From contig CAXQZM010000063.1 in NCBI GenBank assembly GCA_964228455.1, forward strand, positions 1 to 51,244: a stretch of 51,244 nucleotides of DNA. The letters run 5' to 3'. The notes beneath the pieces were generated by a model. The model was given only the letters and a program-made list of their open reading frames with translations, was not told the DNA's origin and did not search any database. Positions 41,488 to 50,691 of this stretch are shown here, in pieces. This stretch comes from Alphaproteobacteria bacterium (GTDB lineage: Bacteria; Pseudomonadota; Alphaproteobacteria; UBA7985). The position numbers and the translations under genes were made by a program. Position 1 is the stretch's first letter. Every line of letters starts with the position of its first letter.

Positions 41488-42621
41488 ATGGCACAAAAGA
41501 TTGAAACTCTGCAATTCACTGGTGATACTCCCGGGACTTCACATGAACTAAAAATCTATCGTTTTGGTTCACCAGGAGCCTCTCCAAAAGCATATATTCA
41601 AGCAGCGCTGCATGCAGATGAGCACCCCGGGGTGATGGCAGCAATTCATCTTATTGATCAGCTATCTGCTTTGGATGATAGTGGCAAAATTCAAGGCGAA
41701 ATAATTGTCATCCCAACCGTTAATCCTTTCGGTCTTTCACAAATATTTCACCACACACACTTAGGTCGATATCACCAACCAACTGGGCAGAATTATAATA
41801 GGGGCTGGCCTAACCTCACGGTTGGTCTAGAAGAAGCAGTTCAAAGTGGGCTTTGTAATGACCCCAAAACAAACATCAAAATTATCCGCAAAGCAATCGG
41901 GCAGCGGATTGCACATCTACCTGAAACATCGGCGATGGATAAATGGAAGAAAACTCTGCTTAATTTGTCTTACGATGCAGACATCGTGCTTGATCTACAC
42001 TGCGACGACCCATCGTTAGTTCACCTCTTCATCATGCCGCAGTTGATACCGCATTGGGAGGATTTGGCAGCCTGGATCGGCGCACATGCAACCCTCATGG
42101 CGGAGGATAGCGGAGGTGGGTCTTTTGATGAGGTCTTCCCCACCCCTTGGGTCTATCTCCAACGTAAATTCCCCAACCATCCAATTCCGATTGCAACAGG
42201 TTCTGCCACTGTTGAGCTTCGGGGTAGATCAGATGTTTCAGACGCTCAAGGTGAGAAAGATGCAGGACACATTGTTGGCTTTTTGCATGGTCGAGGATTT
42301 GTTAGCGGCGTCCCAAACAAGGCTCCTAGACTGATAAAAAAGCCATCACAACTCACCGCGATGGCTTATGTCCGCATGGAACGAACGGGGCTAGTCTCTT
42401 ACAGAGTTAAAGTTGGGGACGAAGTGTCTTCAGGCCAGCACATTGCGGACCTAATTTCACTTGATTCGGCTCCATATGAGAGAGTACCAATTGCATCACC
42501 CATCGATGGACAAATTCTCTCAACAAACTCTCAAAAATATGTTCGACCAGGCGACTCAATTGCAAAAGTTGTTGGTCAGAAGACACTCAGCAATAAGGGC
42601 CCCTATTTACTGGAGGATTGA
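41488..42621 (+). CDS. Succinylglutamate desuccinylase/aspartoacylase (M14-like) family hydrolase
   Basis: QAALHADEHPG, NYNRGWP, VLDLHCD, TVELRG, C-terminal barrel-sandwich domain; real start ATG 41488 (the track's 41233 start overlaps uvrD). Confidence 0.88.
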   Translation: MAQKIETLQFTGDTPGTSHELKIYRFGSPGASPKAYIQAALHADEHPGVMAAIHLIDQLSALDDSGKIQGEIIVIPTVNPFGLSQIFHHTHLGRYHQPTGQNYNRGWPNLTVGLEEAVQSGLCNDPKTNIKIIRKAIGQRIAHLPETSAMDKWKKTLLNLSYDADIVLDLHCDDPSLVHLFIMPQLIPHWEDLAAWIGAHATLMAEDSGGGSFDEVFPTPWVYLQRKFPNHPIPIATGSATVELRGRSDVSDAQGEKDAGHIVGFLHGRGFVSGVPNKAPRLIKKPSQLTAMAYVRMERTGLVSYRVKVGDEVSSGQHIADLISLDSAPYERVPIASPIDGQILSTNSQKYVRPGDSIAKVVGQKTLSNKGPYLLED

Positions 42622-42646
42622 TAAGGATTGCAGGAAAAAACTTAGC

Positions 42647-42674
42647 AATCAGCACTGGTATACCAGACCTGATT
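42647..42674. promoter_or_regulatory. 28-bp imperfect palindrome (GntR/FadR-type operator or hairpin)
   Basis: AATCAG-ca-CTGGTATACCAG-ac-CTGATT. Confidence 0.45.
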
Positions 42675-42831
42675 TAGTCTACTTTGAGTTATTACGTGCT
42701 TGCTTAAATAAGATGTTTAGACATCATCGCGCCTTGATGCTACTGTTAACCAGACGCAATAAATGATTGTTGCGCGAGGTAAAAATCTAGCGAGTTTTCG
42801 TCTCGCATGACCACTGAGTAGGAGTTAAAAT

Positions 42832-43119
42832 ATGTTTGTTATGTTGACGCAAGACCTAACCAAAGGCTTCCAATCATGGAAAGATATGTTCTTGGAGAAC
42901 CAAGCCGAGTTTAATGCCCTTGGGGGTAAACTGGTCTTTGCAGGTCCTGAAAAAGAAAATGATAACAAGATGATGGTCATTATAGAGTTTGAAACGCCCG
43001 ATGCGATGAAGGCATTTGCAACAAATGAGGACCTGCGCGCAAAGCGAGCGGCATCGGGAGCTGTCTTGGAATCTAATGTGATTACTCATTTAGGTGATGC
43101 TTCATTCGTTGGATCATAA
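42832..43119 (+). CDS. Small hypothetical protein, DUF3764-like dimeric alpha/beta barrel
   Basis: Strong AGGAG RBS; pattern F.SWKDMF...VIIEFETPDAMKAF..AASGA; two hairpins follow the stop; family call tentative. Confidence 0.65.
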   Translation: MFVMLTQDLTKGFQSWKDMFLENQAEFNALGGKLVFAGPEKENDNKMMVIIEFETPDAMKAFATNEDLRAKRAASGAVLESNVITHLGDASFVGS

Positions 43120-43239
43120 TTGACCCATAAAACTTTAGACGCCTTTTTAAGATAGGCGTGAACGTTTTTAGGGGTTGAGAACGTTCGCGCAGTTAAGGTA
43201 CAAATCATCCAGAAGTTGATCGGGTTGAATTTCTTTGGC

Positions 43240-44571
43240 TCAACCGCCAAGCACCATCCGAACACCGCGCTGCTCGAGTTGAAGGCCAAAGAACGTGTTA
43301 CCCATGATCGCATGGGTAATTTGCGCGGCTACTACGACTGAGAGCATTACCGCGACTGTAACTGCATAGTCTCGAGTTAATTCGAATACCATGAGAATGG
43401 TAGAGAGAGGTGCGCCCAAAACAGCCCCGACCATAGCGCCCATTCCGGCATAGCCGTAAGCAAAACTGTCAGCTGGAAATTGTGGCGCAACCTGAGTTGC
43501 AATTTGTCCAAAGAGAACCCCAATTAATGCGCCGATCATTAGCGACGGTGAGAAAATACCGGATCCAAAACCTAAACTGAGGCATAGAAGTACTGCGCAA
43601 AATTTTGTTATCAGAAGCGTAACTAGGTATACCTGGTCGTAAGCACCACTCAAAGATTGAAATGTAGCAACATATCCAACACCAAGAACCTCTGGAACCA
43701 TAAGAGCTAAAAGACCTAATCCAACACCTGCAATTGCAGGGTGCACCCATGCTGGCAGTATTCGGCCTAAAGCTCTTCTAAAAATCCAAGCTCGCTTTAT
43801 CGCCGTCAAAAAGATCGTAGAAAATATCGCGCAGACAAGACCAAGCAAAATGAAAGCTGGAAACTCCCACGCCGATATTTCCAAGGTTTTGGTGATTAAA
43901 AACGCCTCCTCCGCTGGCAATATAGCCCGGCTTACCATGGTGCCTGCAATAGCTGAGAGTACGACTGGGCCAAGCGATGCCAGTGATAAACTGGTAAGAC
44001 CCCCTAGAGCTATCTCGATTGCAAAAAACAACCCAGCCAATGGTGCATTGAAAGATGCTGCAACACCAGCTGCAACACCGCAGGCTACATAAATACGCCG
44101 ATTAGTATCATCTACCCTTAACCAGCCACCACCAATTGAGCCAAGTGTTGCCCCTAAATGAACCAATGGACCTTCTCGTCCTACTGATGCCCCTGTGGAA
44201 AGTGCAAGAACGTTAACTAACCCTGCCTTCAAGCCGTCTACCCAGTTTAAAACACCTCGGTCTCTAGTTTGGGCTAAGACTACGTCAGCCACCCCTGGAA
44301 TGGCCCCGCGCCCGAAAAACTGCCAAGTTAACAAGCCCACAAGCAGGCCACCCGTAGTCGGCACTAAAAATAACATAACAGAGCGAGCTTGCGCGACACC
44401 CTCTCCATCTGTGTGCAGCAAAAGGTCACTTATCTCAGTGAATAGTAAACGAAACCCTACAGCAGCGAAACCTGTTGCCAATCCAATTAAGGCTCCTACG
44501 CTTAGCCGACGGCCGAAGCCCCATTCTGGTTTAGCAAAAAACTGCTTTAACCAATCCATCGTCAACCACAA
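43240..44571 (-). CDS. ClC-family chloride channel/transporter, no CBS domains
   Basis: GREGP, AGVAASFNAPLAG, GSGIFSP, APLSTILMVFELT; start either GTG 44571 or ATG 44559. Confidence 0.92.
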   Translation of the reverse strand: MWLTMDWLKQFFAKPEWGFGRRLSVGALIGLATGFAAVGFRLLFTEISDLLLHTDGEGVAQARSVMLFLVPTTGGLLVGLLTWQFFGRGAIPGVADVVLAQTRDRGVLNWVDGLKAGLVNVLALSTGASVGREGPLVHLGATLGSIGGGWLRVDDTNRRIYVACGVAAGVAASFNAPLAGLFFAIEIALGGLTSLSLASLGPVVLSAIAGTMVSRAILPAEEAFLITKTLEISAWEFPAFILLGLVCAIFSTIFLTAIKRAWIFRRALGRILPAWVHPAIAGVGLGLLALMVPEVLGVGYVATFQSLSGAYDQVYLVTLLITKFCAVLLCLSLGFGSGIFSPSLMIGALIGVLFGQIATQVAPQFPADSFAYGYAGMGAMVGAVLGAPLSTILMVFELTRDYAVTVAVMLSVVVAAQITHAIMGNTFFGLQLEQRGVRMVLGG

Positions 44572-45536
44572 TTCGCGCGATAGGTTGCAACATTGCGATT
44601 ATGCTCTGCGAGCGAACTGCCAAAACTGTGGCCACCTTTACAGTCAGATACAAAAAAGAAGTAATTCGATGACGCGGGGTTCAATGCAGCAAATAATGCT
44701 GCCCGGCCTGGGTTAGAAATGGGACCGGGTGGAAGCCCGTCATGAATGTATGTATTATAAGGATTAGTGGAATCATCGAGCTCGGACCTGCGGATGCCAC
44801 GTCCTAGATCTGCACGGCCATCTGTAATTCCATAGATGATAGTAGGATCTGCTTGCAACCTCCAGCCAGGTGTTGAGAGTCGATTTGAATACACAGAAGC
44901 AACCAGCTCTCGCTCTGAATTTAGGCCTGTTTCCTTTTCAATTATCGAAGCCAATATTACAGCCTCATGTGGACTGGATACTACAGTATTCTGGCTTCGA
45001 TCATTCCAAAGGTCAGATATTAGCCGGTCCATGGCATCACCTGCATAGTCAAGAATATCCTCTCGCGTATCACTGGCTGTGAATGCATAAGTCTCTGGCA
45101 GCAGTGAGCCCTCTGACGGAATCTCATAAACCATATCGCCATTTATCTCATCATTTGCATTTAGCAGCTGGACAATCTGGTAAGAAGTCAGGCCTTCCGG
45201 TATCGTTACTGTCCGCTGAATAACGGAACCGTCAGTAATAATCTTAATTATTTCGTCCAAGCCAGCTCCTATTGGGACTGCGTATTCGCCTGCTTTTATA
45301 TCTCCAGCTTTTCCAGATAAACGTATACTAATTCGAAAAAAAAATGCACTCTCAATTATGCCAGCCTTTTCCAAGTTCTCACCGATGGTACGCGCTGACT
45401 GCCCGCGATTAACCACAAAAGTAATGGTTTCAGCTCCGAATTCGTCTTTTATCTGAGCGTCTGCAATAAATGTAATCCCAATAAGTCCCGCAGCTGTAAA
45501 GATGAGAACAGCAAGAATATTAAATGAAACCCGCAT
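44562..45536 (-). CDS. mltG: Endolytic transglycosylase MltG
   Basis: N-terminal TM, KAGEY, TIPEG, EGSLLPETY, ASIIEKET, LQADPT, PYNTY..GLPPGPISNPG; follows fabF. Confidence 0.95.
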   Translation of the reverse strand: MRVSFNILAVLIFTAAGLIGITFIADAQIKDEFGAETITFVVNRGQSARTIGENLEKAGIIESAFFFRISIRLSGKAGDIKAGEYAVPIGAGLDEIIKIITDGSVIQRTVTIPEGLTSYQIVQLLNANDEINGDMVYEIPSEGSLLPETYAFTASDTREDILDYAGDAMDRLISDLWNDRSQNTVVSSPHEAVILASIIEKETGLNSERELVASVYSNRLSTPGWRLQADPTIIYGITDGRADLGRGIRRSELDDSTNPYNTYIHDGLPPGPISNPGRAALFAALNPASSNYFFFVSDCKGGHSFGSSLAEHNRNVATYRANCG

Positions 45537-45581
45537 CTTAGAACACAAACTTAACCATTAATGTTAACTATTTATACCAAG

Positions 45582-46847
45582 CTATTTGAGATTCCGAAAG
45601 ACCAGAGATGCATTGGTTCCGCCGAACCCAAATGAATTGGATAAAGCAACATCGATCTTCCTCTCTTGAGCCTGCAATGGAACAAGGTTTATTTTTATGT
45701 CATCTTCAGGATCATTTAAGTTAAGCGTGGGCGGGCATACTTGATCACGCAACGCCAGAATAGAAAATACTGCTTCTACTGCACCAGCCGCGCCAAGCAG
45801 ATGCCCGATGGCAGATTTTGTCGAGGACATAGCCACTTTATCCGCAGCCGCACCCAAAACCCGGCTAACCGCACCGTACTCGACCATATCTCCAGCGGGT
45901 GTTGATGTCCCATGAGCATTAATGTAACCAAGCTCATCCGGGTTAATAGCCGCTCGACTCAATGCCGCGGACATTGCACGGTAGCCACCATCACCATCAG
46001 GGTGCGGGGAAGTAATGTGATACGCATCTCCCGAGAGGCCATAACCGACTAACTCCCCATAAATCTTCGCCCCACGTGCTTTCGCGTGCTCATATTCTTC
46101 GAGCACGAGTGCACCAGCTCCATCACCCATAACAAAGCCATCTCGTCCTTTATCCCAAGGTCGAGATGCAGAAGTCGGGTCGTCATTATATGAAGTGGAA
46201 AGTGCGCGCGCAGAGCCGAAACCACCCATCCCAAGAGAATTAACGGTGCTTTCTGAACCTCCAGCAACCATTAGGTCTGCATCACCAAAAGCAATTAACC
46301 GGCCTGCATCCCCGACAGCATGCGTGCCAGTCGCGCAGGCTGTAACGACTGAGTGATTTGGACCTCGAAGTTTATTATGTATAGAGATCATCCCCGAGGT
46401 TAAATTAATTATAGAACCCGGAACCATGAATGGGCTCATCTTGCGGGGGCCCCCTGCTTCAGATTTTAAAGTAGCCTCTTTAACCGTTGCAAGACCTCCC
46501 ATCCCAGATCCGAAAACAACACCTGATCGCATCTGTTTCTCTTCGGTATCAGCTTCCCAGCCTGCCTTAGCCAAAGCTTCATTAGCAGCAGCTACCGCGA
46601 AATTTATGAAAGTATCTAGCTTTCGGCGTTCTTTTGCCGGCAGACCTCGGTCGGGATCAAAATAGTTTCGGTGCTCTGGGTCATGCTTGACCATTGATGC
46701 AATCTGGCATGGATATGATGACACATCGAAATGTTTAATCTGCGAAACACCAGATTGGCCCGCCAATATGTTCGCCCATGTAGCCTCAGCATCACCGCCG
46801 AGTGAGGTGACTGCTCCAAATCCTGTTACAACGACACGTCTTAGCAT
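45582..46847 (-). CDS. fabF: 3-oxoacyl-ACP synthase II
   Basis: VTACATG, INAHGTST, KSAIGHLLGAAG, SNSFGFGGTN; start ATG 46847. Confidence 0.97.
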   Translation of the reverse strand: MLRRVVVTGFGAVTSLGGDAEATWANILAGQSGVSQIKHFDVSSYPCQIASMVKHDPEHRNYFDPDRGLPAKERRKLDTFINFAVAAANEALAKAGWEADTEEKQMRSGVVFGSGMGGLATVKEATLKSEAGGPRKMSPFMVPGSIINLTSGMISIHNKLRGPNHSVVTACATGTHAVGDAGRLIAFGDADLMVAGGSESTVNSLGMGGFGSARALSTSYNDDPTSASRPWDKGRDGFVMGDGAGALVLEEYEHAKARGAKIYGELVGYGLSGDAYHITSPHPDGDGGYRAMSAALSRAAINPDELGYINAHGTSTPAGDMVEYGAVSRVLGAAADKVAMSSTKSAIGHLLGAAGAVEAVFSILALRDQVCPPTLNLNDPEDDIKINLVPLQAQERKIDVALSNSFGFGGTNASLVFRNLK

Positions 46848-46878
46848 AAAATATTCCCTAGTCTGATGCACCTAATAT

Positions 46879-46903
46879 AAAAAAAGGGGCCATAAAGCCC
46901 CTT
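46879..46903 (-). terminator. Rho-independent terminator between acpP and fabF
   Basis: Minus strand AAGGGGC-TTTATG-GCCCCTT-TTTTT. Confidence 0.8.
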
Positions 46904-46929
46904 CTCCATAATTGCTGTCTCTGGGGAGG

Positions 46930-47166
46930 TTAACCCAGCTGTGCTTCAATTAAGGTGACAGCATCACCAATTGTACCAATTTTTTCTGCGGCTTCATCTG
47001 GAATCTCCAGATCGAAAGCTTCTTCAAAAGCCATAACCAGCTCAACATTATCTAGGCTGTCCGCACCTAAATCGTCAATGAAGCTTGCTTCCATAGTGAT
47101 TTTCGCCTTGTCGACACCCAGGTGCTCAACAACGATGTCAGCTACTTTATCGAGAACGTCGCTCAT
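46930..47166 (-). CDS. acpP: Acyl carrier protein
   Basis: DLGADSLD phosphopantetheine site, [17 protein letters not shown]. Confidence 0.98.
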   Translation of the reverse strand: MSDVLDKVADIVVEHLGVDKAKITMEASFIDDLGADSLDNVELVMAFEEAFDLEIPDEAAEKIGTIGDAVTLIEAQLG

Positions 47167-47397
47167 AGTCTCTAAATCCTTGATTTTATTTCAAAAAGGC
47201 CAGGGCAACATGTGTCTAGCGGCCAAGGCTGCCCCCCTCTAGCGATGAGAATCGGATTTGTCAGGTATAAAGTGAGACAAATTGGCCTGCATATGCCCAT
47301 ACCTGAGATGATCTGAGCGCAAAGCTCGTTCTATCTGAGTGTCTTTTTAAAGAGCAGATCTCATTCAGAAACGATCTTTTGAGGTCCTAAATTTTGC

Positions 47398-48129
47398 TCA
47401 CATCATCAACATACCGCCGTTCACGTTAATGCATGTGCCCGTGAGATAAGAGGCTTCATCAGAAGCTAAAAAGGCGACAGCCGCTGCGATCTCAGCTGGA
47501 CGGCCCATGCGGCCCGTTGGGATGTTCGTTAGCATCGTTTCTTTCACTTTTTCTGGCAGATCAGCGGTCATAGCTGTTTCAACAAATCCCGGCGCAACAC
47601 AATTTACGGTGACGCCACGAGGAGCGAGCTCCCCTGCAAGCGCCTTAGACATCGCAATCATCCCACCTTTTGAGGCAGCATAATTAGCCTGCCCAGCATT
47701 ACCCATAACGCCCACAACAGAGGCCATGTTTATGATTCGTCCTGAGCGCCGTTTCATCATACCTTTAATTGCAGAGCGGATAAGGCGAAATGTCCCAGTC
47801 AAATTAACATCAATTACAGCTGACCAATCATCATCCTTCATACGCATGGCCAATCCATCTCGAGTCAACCCGGCATTATTCACAAGGATATCAATTTGAC
47901 CAAGTGCCTCATTGGCATCAGATATTAATTTTTCACAACCCTCGGAAGTGCTTAAATCACCAACCAAGGCATGCCCGCCTATGTCTGCTCTCAGAGTCTC
48001 AAGAGCATCAAGCCGTCGCCCCGCGAGGCCAACGACCGCACCCTGTGTCACTAATGCTCTTGCAATTTCTCCACCAATACCCCCAGAAGCTCCGGTAATA
48101 AGGGCGGTTTTACCGTCTAATGAAAACAT
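47398..48129 (-). CDS. fabG: 3-oxoacyl-ACP reductase
   Basis: TGASGGIG, NNAGLTRD, YAASK, located in the fabD-fabG-acpP-fabF cluster. Confidence 0.96.
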   Translation of the reverse strand: MFSLDGKTALITGASGGIGGEIARALVTQGAVVGLAGRRLDALETLRADIGGHALVGDLSTSEGCEKLISDANEALGQIDILVNNAGLTRDGLAMRMKDDDWSAVIDVNLTGTFRLIRSAIKGMMKRRSGRIINMASVVGVMGNAGQANYAASKGGMIAMSKALAGELAPRGVTVNCVAPGFVETAMTADLPEKVKETMLTNIPTGRMGRPAEIAAAVAFLASDEASYLTGTCINVNGGMLMM

Positions 48130-48145
48130 GAGTTAATCCTCCCGG

Positions 48146-49105
48146 TTAGTTAATTAGCGCCTCAATACCTTGCAGCGTGCCCGCATGAAGAGCAGAAAGT
48201 CTGCTATCAATCCGCTTTGATAGACCAGACAAAACTTTCCCAGCGCCCAATTCTACAACCTGCGTAATCCCATTCTCAGCAGCATACTGCATTGATTCAG
48301 TCCAGCGCACTTGACCTGTAATTTGCTCAACAAGCATGGGAACAACTTTACCAGTATCGGTAGTCTTTTCTGCGGTTACATTGGCTATTAAAGGCAAGTT
48401 AAACTTAGACAAAACAGTCTCACTTAGCGCTTTACCCATAACTTTTGCTGCGGGCGCCATGAGCTCGCAATGAAAAGGTGCGGAGACTGGTAGTTTTAAG
48501 GCGCGCTTAGCACCTGCCTGGTTCGCTTTCGCCATACCTATCTCTACAGCTTTTAAAGCTCCGCTTATAACCGCCTGTCCCGGAGCATTGTCATTTGCTA
48601 AAGCGCACACCAAATTCGTTTCTGTTATTACTTCATGAACCAAGATTTCGACCTGGTCCTTTGATAAGCCAATAATCGCTGCCATCGCACCTTGTCCAAC
48701 TGACACCGCCGCCTGCATAGAACTACCCCTAAGTTTGAGTAATTTAGCCGTGTCTCGAATAGTGAGTACCCCAGCAGCAGCAAGAGCAGAATATTCTCCT
48801 AAAGAATGGCCCGCAACAAACGACCCGTGGTTAGATAATTCGTAGCCCTCGCTCTCTAATGCCCTTACTACTGCAAGAGAAACTGCCATTAAAGCAGGTT
48901 GGGCATTTTCCGTTAGAGTTAGAGCATTGAGATCTTCACCCCACATTATCGAAGTCAGGTCTTCCCCTAGCGCGTCGTTTACTTCTTCAAATACAGCCGC
49001 AGCAGCGGGAAATGCCTCTGCTAGATCTTTGCCCATTCCTAAAGATTGCGATCCTTGACCAGGGAATACAAAGCCTCGTTTAATCGGAAAGTTGGTATCT
49101 GACAT
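48146..49105 (-). CDS. fabD: Malonyl-CoA:ACP transacylase
   Basis: FPGQGSQ, GHSLGEYSAL, VSAPFHC. Confidence 0.97.
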   Translation of the reverse strand: MSDTNFPIKRGFVFPGQGSQSLGMGKDLAEAFPAAAAVFEEVNDALGEDLTSIMWGEDLNALTLTENAQPALMAVSLAVVRALESEGYELSNHGSFVAGHSLGEYSALAAAGVLTIRDTAKLLKLRGSSMQAAVSVGQGAMAAIIGLSKDQVEILVHEVITETNLVCALANDNAPGQAVISGALKAVEIGMAKANQAGAKRALKLPVSAPFHCELMAPAAKVMGKALSETVLSKFNLPLIANVTAEKTTDTGKVVPMLVEQITGQVRWTESMQYAAENGITQVVELGAGKVLSGLSKRIDSRLSALHAGTLQGIEALIN

Positions 49106-49204
49106 GCCACGGCCTTTGGCGCTGCTTTAGCATTTGGTCAAGTTTTAAGCTTGCAAGCGCGATCGCACTTACCTAAAGGCCTCAACTCCACAAACCTTCC
49201 TGCC

Positions 49205-49290
49205 AGTTCCTTTTGTGGTTTATCGAGGGATTGGCTGATGGCGACTTGTCTGGGGCACCAAACATCGCCTGAGCCAAAGGGAGTCAAATT
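49205..49290 (+). promoter_or_regulatory. Structured 5' leader of rpsF (candidate S6:S18 autoregulatory RNA)
   Basis: Hairpin TTGGCT/AGCCAA, GGCGA/TCGCC, TGTcTGG/CCAaACA (49231-49277) next to the SD; upstream TTCCTTTT can pair with AAAGGGAG. Confidence 0.45.
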
Positions 49291-49683
49291 ATGGCTTTTT
49301 ACGAATGCATTTTTCTTGCGCGACCAGAGATTTCTACGGCGCAAGTAGAGGCGCACACTGAGGCGTTCTCAAATCTCATCATCGATGCGGGTGGTGAAGT
49401 ACAGAAGACTGAGTTTTGGGGCCTTAAGACCCTAGCTTATCGAGTAAAGAAAAACCGCAAAGCACACTACGTGATGCTCAATCTTATTTCTTCTAAAGAA
49501 GCGATTGATGAAATGCGTAGGTTAATGTCACTTAACGAAGACATTATGAGAGATCTCACGACGCGCGTTGACGCATTTGAAGACGGTCCTTCGATAATGA
49601 TGCGCAAAGTGAAAGAACGTGAAGAGCGAAACGCGCAAGAAGGAGGCCGTTACGCCTCTGGCCGTGCTCCAATTAATGGGTAA
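49291..49683 (+). CDS. rpsF: 30S ribosomal protein S6
   Basis: YECIFLARPEI, WGLKTLAYRVKKNRKAHY. Confidence 0.97.
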   Translation: MAFYECIFLARPEISTAQVEAHTEAFSNLIIDAGGEVQKTEFWGLKTLAYRVKKNRKAHYVMLNLISSKEAIDEMRRLMSLNEDIMRDLTTRVDAFEDGPSIMMRKVKEREERNAQEGGRYASGRAPING

Positions 49684-49695
49684 AGGAGATAAGAT

Positions 49696-49926
49696 ATGAA
49701 AAAACCATTTTTCCGACGTAAAAAATCTTGCCCCTTCTCTGGGCCTAACGCGCCAATTATTGACCACAAAGATGTGCGCCTTCTATCTCGATTTGTATCG
49801 GAACGTGGGAAAATTGTACCAGCTCGTATTTCTAGTGTTTCAGCAAAAAAACAACGAGAATTAGCTCGGACAATCAAACGTGCTCGCTACCTGGCGCTTA
49901 TGCCATATAGCGATGGCCAGAAATAA
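49696..49926 (+). CDS. rpsR: 30S ribosomal protein S18
   Basis: [40 protein letters not shown]. Confidence 0.98.
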   Translation: MKKPFFRRKKSCPFSGPNAPIIDHKDVRLLSRFVSERGKIVPARISSVSAKKQRELARTIKRARYLALMPYSDGQK

Positions 49927-49941
49927 GAAGGGAGATCAACT

Positions 49942-50541
49942 ATGGACGTAATCCTTCTCGAGCGAGTCGAAAAGCTCGGCATTATCGGTGATGTAGTCAC
50001 CGTAAAGCCCGGTTTCGCCAGAAACTATCTTCTACCACAACGAAAAGCCCTACGAGCTACCAAAGCCAATATGGCAGAATTTGAAGCTCGACGTGTTCAG
50101 CTTGAAGCAGATAACCTCAAAGCCAAAGAAGAAGCCTCGTCAGTAGCAAAACGCCTCGATGGTCAGGGATTTATCCTCGTTCGTCAAGCATCAGACACTG
50201 GAATCCTATATGGCTCGGTTGCGACACGCGACATTGCTGATGTCGTGACAGAAGGAGGCTTTACCATCACCCGTAGCCAAGTAGTTCTTGATCGTTCTAT
50301 CAAAACCCTCGGCCTGCAAGAGTTACAAATCAAACTTCACCCTGAGGTTTCGGTTACTGTAAAAGTAGCGGCTGCAAAATCCAAAGAAGAAGGCGAAGCC
50401 TACTTGCGCGGTGAGCTAGTAATGACCTCAGCTGAGGCTGCTCAAGCGGAAGCAGATGAAGCAAAAGTTGAGGCGGAAGCACTTGCAGCTGAAATTGCGG
50501 CAGAGGTAGCGGCGGAAGAAGCAGCAGCAGCCGAGGCGTAA
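49942..50541 (+). CDS. rplI: 50S ribosomal protein L9 with Ala/Glu-rich C-terminal tail
   Basis: MDVILLERV..GDVVTVKPGFARNYLLP, LYGSV, IKTLG, LHPEV. Confidence 0.98.
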   Translation: MDVILLERVEKLGIIGDVVTVKPGFARNYLLPQRKALRATKANMAEFEARRVQLEADNLKAKEEASSVAKRLDGQGFILVRQASDTGILYGSVATRDIADVVTEGGFTITRSQVVLDRSIKTLGLQELQIKLHPEVSVTVKVAAAKSKEEGEAYLRGELVMTSAEAAQAEADEAKVEAEALAAEIAAEVAAEEAAAAEA

Positions 50542-50604
50542 ATTAGTCGCTCAGTGCCACTTTCACTGAATAGATTGCAATTTCTCTGCTTTAACAAAAA
50601 TGTA

Positions 50605-50636
50605 GTTATCCCCAGTCTTAACAGACTGTGGATAAC
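50605..50636. promoter_or_regulatory. Pair of inverted DnaA boxes upstream of dnaB
   Basis: TTATCCCCA (50606-50614, one mismatch) and TGTGGATAA (50627-50635, perfect reverse complement of TTATCCACA). Confidence 0.75.
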
Positions 50637-50647
50637 ATATAAAAATT

Positions 50648-50680
50648 AAGGTGGCTTTTCGAAGCCACCTTTTTTGTTTT
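50648..50680 (+). terminator. Rho-independent terminator after rpsF-rpsR-rplI
   Basis: AAGGTGGCTT-TTCG-AAGCCACCTT-TTTTGTTTT. Confidence 0.85.
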
Positions 50681-50691
50681 GAGGCTTAGTG

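Noticed and set aside
41233-41519. Apparent overlap of about 290 bp between uvrD and the M14 hydrolase
   Set aside because: Artefact of longest-ORF starts; family-like sequence begins at 41432 (-) and 41488 (+)
44195-44716. 173-aa + strand ORF
   Set aside because: Antisense to ClC/mltG, with composition typical of the reverse of a hydrophobic gene
47167-47397. Possible sRNA between fabG and acpP
   Set aside because: Only short stems (e.g. TCAGGTAT/ATACCTGA) and no recognisable family; an acpP promoter region explains the gap
50420-50541. GCA/GCG-rich repeat at the rplI 3' end
   Set aside because: Encodes an Ala/Glu-rich tail; acidic L9 extensions are common in Alphaproteobacteria
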